DNA of 64,000 nucleotides from Raillietiella orientalis (Eukaryota): NCBI GenBank assembly GCA_036172245.1, contig JAYWIR010000050.1, positions 186,001 to 250,000 of the forward strand, read 5' to 3'. Shown piece by piece: positions 53,751 to 64,000 of this stretch (position 1 is its first letter; each line of letters starts with the position of its first letter). The notes under the pieces were generated by a model. It saw only the letters and a program-made list of their open reading frames with translations, ran no database searches and was not told where the DNA came from. The position numbers and the translations under genes were made by a program.

Positions 53751-55230
53751 CCACCCGGCTCCGTCGGGGCTTTTATTTTTGGCAAAACAAACAATGCGAA
53801 GGCAGTTGGGTCGTGGGCCCTACCGCGTTCAGACGGTGAGGAACCCACCGATCACTCCGGTGCGCAGACCGGCGAGGGTGGCCTCAACAGCAGAGGATCA
53901 GGGAAGAAATGAAACAAAGTAAAAACACAAGGGGCAAAATGACTATGGGGACCGGTAGAGGGGATCACAGTCTGCCAAAGGCCGCCCTCTGCATCCGCAC
54001 GAGGGTGCCGGCGATTTCCTGCTGATGAACGCGCTGTCCAGTTCGTGCTTGAGGACACCGAAAGAGCACTTTCTCTCCACCTGAAGGTCAGTGTCCATGC
54101 TTGCAGCGTGGTGGTACGCCATGCAACTGTCCTTGAGCTTGCCATAGCAACCGACATCAAGCTAGTGGCGTCTTGGACCAGCACACTGCCACGGCAGAGC
54201 TGGAAGACCGGAAGGAGTCACGACCTGCGGTGGGTCAACCCCTGCATTCATTCGTGGACGGCGCCATTTGGTTGCCCAGAAGTTCAGATTGTCCATGCCG
54301 CTCTTCTGCTGCGTGTTCATCAGGTGGAGCCGTCTTGTCGCCGTCCGCAGAAGGCATAGGGAAAAGTGGACGGCGTTCCTAGCGCTCCCGCCTCCTCTGG
54401 CGTCGCTCCAGGTCGCCACAATCCCGCGCGAGCAGCAAGGAGCTGCTGAGGATGCGGGTGGAGGCAATATTTGCACAAGAAGAGGGGTTCCGTGCGCCCG
54501 CCTGATTTGCCAGCTAGGGTTCGAAGGGTCGTCTCCGCTATTTTTGGCGCGTTTGACTTTGGTATTTTGAGCGCGTTGAATTTCGGTTTTTTCTACATCA
54601 GAATTACCATCTTTTTTTTTTTTTTTTCATTTCTGATGAATAACGAACATTTTTTTTTATGAAAAAAAAAAGAAAGAAAAATCGAAGGGAATCATTGGAA
54701 AGGCTAGGCTTTTTTGAAGGCCGAGGAGGAGGAACTCTTCCTTCAAAAAAGAAGAGAAGGCAAGAAACGGTTTCGGCATTCGCGGATTCCCAGAACGGGA
54801 TTTCGAGACATGGCGTCCTGGGTGGGAAAGGTACAGGAGTCGCTGGTCTTCGCCCACGTGCGAGCGGCTTCCCGCTGGCAGGCACAACTGTTCACGGGGC
54901 GACAGGAGACCCAGATGTTCCCCTCGGTCAGTGTTGCCACTCGCCGGAACCGAAGTCTGCAGCGGGACACGTTGCGGTGGCGGCGCGCAGGGAAAGAAGG
55001 GAGACCTTCGCAGCCGGTGGCTCGTCTGGCCAGGGGGCGGACCGGCTCGCAACAGCTGGTGCTCCGGTGCTTCGCCACAAGGGCCAAATTCCTCCACAAA
55101 AGCTGCCGCTCCAGGTGCTCCAGCATGAGGAGGCCGAGACCACCATCCCGACGCGGAGCACACAAGTCCTTCTTGCCCTTGCGTGGACTTGCGTGCACCT
55201 GTGGCGCCTCCCAGTGCGGCCCTCACAGGG
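53751..55230 (-). mobile_element. L1/Tx1-clade fragments including the 3' terminus
   Basis: DLCAPRRDGGLGLLMLE (~55165) and CCSRGIVATWS. Terminus AATAAAA-gccccg-acggagc-cgggtg at 53752. Confidence 0.75.
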
Positions 55231-57670
55231 GAATTCCCAGGATGAGAGAAGGAGTATGCAAAAGCCGCTGCTATTAAAGCAGGGAGCTGGTAGCACCGCC
55301 ATTCGGCCGATCTCTGGAGAGCAGCGGGCAGAACTCGAAACAGCCATGCTCCTGGGCGAGGATTTCACTCTCCGCCGATCTCTCCCCCTTCCTTCTCCCC
55401 ACACGCGTGTGTGGACGGGACTGAGGAACGTGAAGACCAGTTTGGGGAGTTGCGAACTTTCCGCTTCCTCCCCACGAGTTCGTTAGCAGAGCTTCAGCTC
55501 CCCGGGGAAGATCACGGTCTCGGTATGCCCTCTTGCGCTTTCACCCCCCAGCGGGTGCGGGCTGACTCCGGTGAGGGTTGGATGGATGCGCCTTGCCCTC
55601 CTCACAGGTCAAAATGGAGGGGGGGACAGTCTGCTTCAGGATCTTCACCGCCTCTTGTCACGACTGCCGAATCGACAAACCTCACATCAAATCTTGCTTC
55701 GAAGCTCAGTTTGTGCGAGAGGAAAGACGTCCTTGCGTGAAACTTTCGCCCTGGGGACGCAAGCGTGATTTTTCCGCCATCCGTGTACGGCACTGCTTGC
55801 AGTGGTGGCGCTGCCACCCCATTTTCACATTGCTTACATGCAGGTGCTTCCAGTCCCCCCCCCCCCCCCAAAGAAACAGGATCACGCGTGCGGCGTATTC
55901 GTAGGTCTGACTCGGTAACCCTGCTCGAACGCGCGTGTTCGGGAAACGCGCCTGCTCCTCCTCGGAGAAATTCGTCGCCGTTGGCGCGCACGCCGCACCA
56001 AGCGCGCGTCTGCAGGATAAAAAGGAAAAACAAAAGCTAACGGCGGAGCGTCGGGTGCGCCCACCGTGTCGGCCAAGGCGGAAGTTTTCTCTTTGCTTGA
56101 TTCATGCTTTGATTTCTCTGCACGGTGCACATGGTTGAGCACACTTGGTTGAGCAAATTTTCAGTCACCTGCGGGAAAAAAACAAAGTGAGATGTGGCAC
56201 GATACAAGCGCACGCACGCCGAGCGGTCGTCCTGGAAACCAGCGAAACTCCAGGTGCGCCAAGGCAGCATTGTGCGTTACGTCTGACCTTACGTTTTCCA
56301 TTTTTTTTTTTTTGAAAAACTGTATATCAGGGCTCGGGGGGACATTTTTTTTAGGACTGTTAAAGGCCATAGACCATTGAAGACGCGTGGCGCCCTCAAT
56401 GGCCTCCAGCGGAGCGCTGGAAAAAGAGGGGGGAGCCTGGTCGATTACCGTTTGTCGGGGGCGCGGCTTCCCCAGTGCTGTTGGAAGGAACCGCTCTTTA
56501 CAGGCCCCTCGTCCATCCACAGCGACACGGATCGATCCGACGCCGTGGATTCGCCTGGGGCCCTGAGCGCGCGCTTCTCCGTCTTTCGAGAAATTGCCAC
56601 GTGTGCACCGGATGAGGGAGTCCGGTCCACTCCCCCCCCACCTCCGTTCTCGGCACCGCAGAGCCACGGACGCGCTGCTGCGGTGTTCCCCTGCGGTCTT
56701 CACCGGCCGCCGCAGCGGCAGCCCACCCTTTTGTTCTTTCCTTTCCCCTCTGCGCGCCTCCTGGCCGCAGCCGTCCATTCCGTTGCCACTCCGGCCGCTC
56801 CGTCGCGCTGCTGTCGGCAGGAAAGGGTCCTGCCATTCTTCGGGAGGAATGGCGGGTGCCAGAGAGTCACTCGCGGGGGATCCTCTCGGATGGCGCCTCC
56901 CTGCCGAGCGCCACGATCGCTTCCGTCGCCGTTGCCGCCATCGACGCCTCGTTTCCCAGCGGGAGGAAGCCAAGACTCCGGCAGAGGGTGCCCCTCCAGA
57001 ATGGGCGCCCGTCGGCACGGGGCGGGCTGCAGCGCGCCCTGCCCACCGGGCAGACCTCAGAGCCGCCGCACCCCTTCAGAGCAGACTCAGAGGTTAGAGG
57101 AAGTCGAACCACGCCCTCTGCGGCAGAGAAACGCCCTGCGGAAGAACGCCAAGGGGAGGGAGGCTTCGGTCTGCTGCACTCCACGGAAGATGGCAGGGGC
57201 GAAGTCGCGGAGATCTCGGGCGAAAGATCGTCTCACCCTAGGAAGGGACCAGCGCCTCTCACTTCTACTCCGCCCCTTGTTTTCTCTTCCGCTGAAGAGA
57301 ACCCCAGGAGACAACCGAAATTTTCCTTGAAGAATCTTCCAGTGCACTAGATAGCAATCCACTGGAAAAAAAAGGGGGGGGAGGGATAAATTAGCTCCAA
57401 GGAACGCAGGGGAGGAGGTCATCCGAAACGGGGAGTTCACAGCATCATCACAATCCGGGGTCAACCCTGGAGACCTGACATCCAATCCCGTGCGGTCCAC
57501 GGGAACATCCAACTTCAAAGATCACCACCGCACTCCAGCGAGGCAACCAGCACCATCGAGCGGAAGAAACATGAAAACCACGGTTAGCACCGCGCAACCG
57601 GGAGGGAACCCCGGAGCACCCCTTGATGGTCTGGAAGCACCCCAGAGACTCAAACATACGCATCTCTTTT

Positions 57671-58767
57671 CATACGCTAACTGGTGTCTCTAGAAGCATG
57701 GAGAATAGAGATTCACCACTAGGAAAAGTGGTGCGTTTAGCGTTTTCAGTGGCCTGGGTGAGAAAGGAAATTTGCCGTTCCTCTCCATAGAGTCCTGCTG
57801 AAGCCGGATTGGCATCGTAGTAATCCTCAGCTGCAAGTTCCACTGAGCAGACGTATCCGATGTCATTTTGAGTTTCCATCCATTTTTCGCTGAACTCTTT
57901 CGAGCTGATTTGAATGATTCATCCTTTTCTTCCGAGTTGAGATCCACACGTGCAGCACTCGAGGTAACGCATATCCAAACCTGAAGACTTCTTCCGAGAG
58001 TACTCAAGCAATTCACTGGTCATCCTTCCTATTGTGACGTTTCCACTCTTTCTCAATTCCGTACACCCCTATTCTGCGCGATCCCTCGTCTCCTCAGTCA
58101 AGTCCATGCAATGCAGTGCTCTAGTGGACTCGCACCCTTCAGCCTCATGGTGAAGACGTTACTTATCATTTCCAAACTGTTCCGAAGACTGCACAAAATA
58201 TGCGCCCAGGGTCTCAGGAGCAGCAGGAGGAGGAAGAGGTTCCCCATCCACGATCCCAAGATCGATCCAAGGGTTTCTTGCAACACTGCCCTCCATTGTA
58301 TACAACATTTTCGCCGGTGGGTGCAGCCGATGAGAATGCATCGATTCTCATCTTCTGCATTGATTCACGGTTCCACGTGAACTTCCGGGACGCTGAGCGC
58401 TCCTCTTGAACTCGACATCCAGTTCACCCTTTTAGGGCCAATGGAAGAAGTCTTCAGGTTTGGATATGCGTTACCTCGAGTGCTGCACGTGTGGATCTCA
58501 ACTCGGAAGAAAAGGATGAATCATTCAAATCAGCTCGAAAGAGTTCAGCGAAAAATGGATGGAAACTCAAAATGACATCGGATACGTCTGCTCAGTGGAA
58601 CTTGCAGCTGAGGATTACTACGATGCCAATCCGGCTTCAGCAGGACTCTATGGAGAGGAACGGCAAATTTCCTTTCTCACCCAGGCCACTGAAAACGCTA
58701 AACGCGCCACTTTTCCTAGTGGTGAATCTCTATTCTCCATGCTTCTAGAGACACCAATTAGCGTATG
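57671..58767. repeat. Long inverted repeat: arms 57671-57994 and 58443-58767 (~324 bp, 2 mismatches seen), ~450-bp spacer
   Basis: Mirror ORFs in the ORF track (57670..57879- vs 58559..58789+). The arm encodes VW...NQLERVQRK, a LINE post-RT-like motif. Confidence 0.95.
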
Positions 58768-60154
58768 GAAAGGGAAAGGTCAACTGTGACTAACTGCTAC
58801 TTACTGGAGAATTAAAGTAAATCAAAAGATTCGTAACATGTCTTCACGTCACATCAGTGTGATGAGGGCAGAGGTTTACGTGGAGACCGTGGACTCGCAG
58901 CGCTATTGGCTTGTGGGGCATATTAAGGAAGCAGTTGGCTGACTTCCTTAAAGAGTGATACCGATTTCTAGCATCATTGGTTTTCATGTGGAAGATTCGG
59001 TATGTAATCCAGATTGATTGCAGCTGCCTATGTACTCGAACCTTCCTTGAGTAATGCAGTAGCCACTTACACAACTTTGATGAAGCAGCTTCCAGATTGA
59101 AAGAAACGTTTCCGCATTCACAATCTTTTCCGACAGACTGTGAAATCACAAAATGCAGAAAATGTATTGGGTAGGAAGAATGGATGGGATTTCTGCCTAC
59201 AGTAAGGCAGGCAGTTATAGGGGTCACTAGGCTCCATGTGGTCAGTGCAGGTAATGAGTACATGTTTCACAGGAAGCACATGGGTTCGACGTGTTGAATG
59301 TGAAACCACCTACAGAAACAACATGAGTAAAGCGTGGTCTTTGCAGGTCTTTATTTCAGGAAACCCTGGACCATCAGTTATAATCCTCGTTTATTCGGAA
59401 AATGCCATGTCCCCTGATGCAGCAAAGGATGGAAAGTAAATAATGTTCTTGCCACGCAACACTGACTCTGTTCTTCGTAGAAGCTGCAAGCCTCCAGTCA
59501 ACCACCTTGTGGTGTAAACTCAACATTTTTTCTCAAGAGTTTGCATGTTTTGTGGAACTGGGAAACTCCTAAGCATAATTGAAAAGTGGCATGCCTCCTC
59601 AGCCGCCATGGGAAAAGTCAGTTGCCACCTCAGAACTAGGCATGTTGAAAGAGGTGGGAAACTAGAGCAAAAAAAAAAAAAAAGCATAAAACGCAACAGT
59701 ATGTTTGCACAGTAGGGTTTGCATGTTCTTTGCTGCAGAATGGTGGCATAGTACCTTGCAAGCTGAGTTTAAAACTCTCCCTGTCTAGCACAAATGATGA
59801 CAAAATCATAATCATACAAACTGTGTTAGAAAGTTTTGGATATCTTGTTCTCTTTCATGTGAACCACACAAGTTGGATGTTTCATGGGCTGTTAACTTCA
59901 GTGGAATCAAAGGGGAACATCACACTTTGCAAGCATTGCATAGCAAATAACAACACTATACAATGTCCAGAAAGTGTGTGCATAATCTTTTGGTATTTCT
60001 GCAACTATGGACCATTGTCTTGAGTGAAATACATAACAGTACCCTATTAAAATATTTCTAAAGTGAGCACATATTACGTCAGAACAGATGTTGTCTCTTT
60101 ATAAAATTTTTGAAAATATAAGAGAATATATGCAAAAAAACACGGATCCCTAAC

Positions 60155-62008
60155 TCAGAGCTCCTGACTAACAGTTGCTAATTGCTTCAGTTTTTTGATT
60201 TTTTTCTTGGGAACGTGGGCATCTTGTTCATCTTCTGAAAATTAGCGATGCAAACGAAATCTAGGTATTAGAAACCCTACCAGCAACTGCTTCTGGATCA
60301 TCCTCTGCTGAAGCTTGAAGCATTTTCTTCTTCTTCTTTTTCTTCTTCTTCTTCTGCATCAAAGCCTGAACTTCCTCAATGGCTTCCTGCATAACTTCGT
60401 TATTTTTTCTTGGGAGTTCGCCAGTTTCATAAAATCGTAATCGCTCTTCTAACTGTTCTTTCATCTTCACACCATAAACATTTGTTGAAAAATCTACATC
60501 AAATAGATTTTAAAAAAAACTGCCTTCTTTGCTCACCAGAAAAGCAATCAATACGTGATGCCAGTGAACATTTATTTGCAAGATATCTTGAGATGCGCCC
60601 CTTGTCTTTTGCTGCAGCCCTTCCAATGTAAGTAGAATTATAAATCAGCCCGTATTTGGGTGTATTGGTACGGGTCTTTAGAGCTCTGAATGCATATTAT
60701 AAAAGTCAGCATTTTAAGATGTGATCACCTAAATAAAGCTTTCTCTGCTCCTAAAATCTGAACGGTAGATGAAGGATATTTGGCCAGATTTGTTAAAGAG
60801 CCAGCATGAGATATGAGTCTGGCTCCAACTTGTTCTCCAACCAATACTGCCAAATTTGGAGCTACATTGCTCATTTTGTTTTGCAAGTACTCTTGCAGTT
60901 TTCTCCTGTATTCAACCAATGAAATAACACGATGAGCAAACAGGTTGATGTTTACAAGATCTATTGGTGATATGTCCATACCTGAAACAGAAATACTGCA
61001 CAAAAATGTGAAGCAAAAAATAAGCTGACCCATTGATGATTTGGAAGCTTCAACGATTTCTTTTGCAAGAGCCGGATCCATCAGAATGCTTTCAAGTTCT
61101 TGCTGCTGATCAGCAGAGAAATCTTTCCGATTTTGAATGCATTTCACAACACGTGAGTATGTGTATATATCTGGGACAAGTTTGACCAACTCTGGAAAAT
61201 GGTACGAGTACCATTCTCTATAGATACAATACAAATATGATGAACATTTTTAATTTTGAAACAAGAGTGACTACCTTATCCTCATCACAAACGTGTTGAT
61301 ATCTTTGTCCAATTGGTCCAGTAAAGCAATGCTCTGGATTATCATGTTATCTGCTCTATGAACATTGAACTTCACTTTGGCTCTAGAATAGCTGTGTCCC
61401 AAGCCTAACTGGGCTCTGGATTCAGTTACAGGAGTAAAGCCTTTGACAAGCTTAGGAAAATGCAAGCAAATGCCTGAAATTCTGAGTTCACTACTGAAGA
61501 TACCAAACTCGAAAGGAAAATACCTCGTAAAATTTCCATAACCACATTTGAAGAGAGACACTTAATGTTTAAAGCTTCATTAATGGATGATGCCAATCTT
61601 GCATCTGCAATGCCTAGAACAGCTTTCTGACGTTTTTTGGATTTTGGCAAACTGGATTCCAAAAACACCCGTAAATCATCATGTAAGACACCTATCGGAT
61701 ACATCTGTCACAAGTTAACATGCTACAAAATTCTACCTTCTGATATACAGTTAAGATTGTCAAGTGCATTGACAGCTGTCTTGAATGGGCTGAAGCCTAT
61801 TAACTGAACTACAGAGTTAAATTTTTGTATATTCTTCACTCCATCTTCAACTTGTGACAGTAGCATGCCAATATCTTCAAATTCTTTAACTCGAAATAAT
61901 GCATATCCACTAGCATGTTCAAACAAAACATACAAATGGTTTATCTCACTCTAATGTAAAGTACAATCGGATATCAGTTCAATATTACTCACTAGAACTA
62001 CTTACCAT
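60155..62008 (-). CDS. NOP56: Nucleolar protein 56 (box C/D snoRNP)
   Basis: ATG|GTAAG first exon, [66 protein letters not shown], Lys-rich tail; TGA at 60157-60155. Confidence 0.97.
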
Positions 62009-62353
62009 CTTGTGATCCTTTCAAAATATTTCCTTAAGATCGATATCACTAAACAATCTTATCAATAATAAGGAATATAGGTTGATGTTCAGAACATCAA
62101 TTCTTAATACCTTACATATCCTAATATGTTACAATTCATACATCACTTTTTAATTTGACTACTAAAAAAAAAAAAAGTCACGTAAGAAAACAACCATCTG
62201 TTTATGGCGCTTTTTAGCTAACACAAGTATATTCACTCATATCTGGAAACATTTACATTAAAGTCTGCTATGATTAAGTATACTATTTCATCTCAAGTCA
62301 TATTAATAATCTAAATGTATAATTATGTACTTAAAAAATGAACCCAAACACCA

Positions 62354-63340
62354 TCACATATCAACTGGAGGTCTGTATTTCAGTTTTAATGGAGAATCTC
62401 TGAATCTCCACATAGTGACATATACAAATTTTAATGTGTGATCCCTTCCTAACAGTTCGTCATTGCAATAAAGATCAACCTAAAAATAATAAACCCTTTA
62501 GGAGGTACACACTGAAACACTATACCTCTTTATATTTATCAATGCTATCCAATAACTTCAATGCAATAAATTTTTTTAAATGCGTTACTGTTGCTTGAGA
62601 TGAACACCTCACAAATTTTCTTGGAAGTCTTTCCAGACAGTCAGTTTCATTTTCCAGACAGATATTAACCTAAGAAAAAAAATCCACTTGACCAATGAAA
62701 ATTTCACCCTGAAATCTTTCAAGAATAACCATGAAATCTTTACCTGTTCATCAAATCTATGGAAATCATTTTGTTCCTGAGATATGTTTTCTGATATACT
62801 TTTGACACTGTCTGCATTGATATCTTTGGGGCACAGTAACCCTCTGGATCTATAAAAGGCTCGCTCCCTAGTTAATTCATCTAGAACATGGCAGTAGCAA
62901 ATTAGAGATTTTCCGACATCTTAATACGTTAAAAAGAATACCACCTCGTACCGTTCGAATACCTTTTAATAAATTTGGAACCAACTTGTAAACAATATCT
63001 TGCATGGTTCTATCATTGCTAATGTAATTCAAGGGATGAGACTGGTGAATAACGATACTGCAGGCGGGGCATGTGTTGTTTTCCTCTAAGTGTTTAACGA
63101 TACACGACTTACAAACTGAAACGAAAACAACTCGATGAACACTTTCGCGGCTGGGATTTCGAGCTACTTCAAAACAAACGCCCGTATACGTTTTCGTTTT
63201 ACACATTTTCATGCAGAAGGGCAGCTGTACTTACATGTATGGAGGCATTCGGTTACAGTTGTCGCATCAATGATGTAGCCCTTGCACAACTGGCATGTAA
63301 TGTAATTATTCAGAGTCCTAATCTTCATTCTCCTCTCCAT
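62354..63340 (-). CDS. PCGF3: Polycomb group RING finger protein, PCGF3/5-like
   Basis: [65 protein letters not shown]-terminal RAWUL domain ending LKYRPPVDM*. Confidence 0.92.
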
Positions 63341-64000
63341 TGCAAACACATCGAAGGCGGTCGGTTTCAGAAAACCGGAGGCACCCTAACAATTTGAAAC
63401 ACATTCATGCACACACCAGAAGATGAGAGAATCTCCCTGCCAGCACCTCATGCACTCGCACACGGCAGAACCTTCGCAGAAGACCCGGTCGCTGGCAAAA
63501 AAGAAAAAAGGAAAGCGAGGGGATGGGATGGGGGAGGGGGGAGAGGAAAGGCAAAAAAAAAAAAAAAAAAACGGGGGAAAACGGGCCCCTCCAAAAAAAA
63601 GAAAAAAAAGGAAGGAAACTCACCGGGTGGGCCGTGGCACTACGGGCGAAACATGGAGGACTCCATCGGGCTGTCGGGACGTTTCCGCAGGCCAGAAAGA
63701 GTCCGCCGCCGCGGCTTCCGCAAGGGCAGCAAAGGCGACGCAAGCGAGCGGGGCAGCTCAACCGAGGGGCGCAGGAACAGCCGTCGGCCCACTTTGGGCA
63801 TCCCCGGACGCCCCCGGCGATGGGCAATGAAGGTTACATGCGCGTTGGGTGCGTCGCGGAGCAACATTTGCTCTCTTGCATCTCACAGTATAAGAAGCCT
63901 CGGCGAGCGACGTGCGTGGGGGTTGCACGTTAGCTCCCGAAAAATTCCCGAATCGGGAGACGGTCTCGGTTTGCTCGGATTCCTGGCCGGGCACAGCCCG

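Noticed and set aside
58800..60030. Possible short-intron gene or pseudogene with GT/AG-like signals
   Set aside because: No stop-free spliced frame or homology could be built.
60155..62008. Intronic box C/D snoRNAs as hosted by vertebrate NOP56
   Set aside because: Introns here are about 40-60 bp, too short, and no C/D box pair was seen.
62082..62100. Palindrome TTGATGTTC-A-GAACATCAA upstream of NOP56
   Set aside because: Spacing does not fit a heat-shock element; a single short palindrome in AT-rich DNA may be chance.

Overview
Eukaryotic (invertebrate, probably arthropod) genomic DNA with very short introns (40-65 bp). The left ~42 kb is a GC-rich transposon graveyard dominated by many decayed, nested copies of one L1/Tx1-clade LINE family. 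Two of these copies have 5'-inverted (twin-priming-type) structure, and most intact 3' ends carry a conserved hairpin. A hAT transposase relic is also present. Embedded in this region are a spliced pepsin-fold gene with both catalytic Asp replaced by Asn, an intronless and frameshifted alpha-latrotoxin-like pseudogene, an intact cathepsin L and its inverted pseudogene copy. The right ~22 kb has AT-rich housekeeping genes: GLE1 with an intronless NMNAT nested in its first intron on the same strand, NOP56 and PCGF3-like. It also has a spliced secreted Pro/Gly-rich orphan gene and a ~324-bp near-perfect inverted repeat. Homologies were recognised by eye against remembered reference sequences and need database confirmation.
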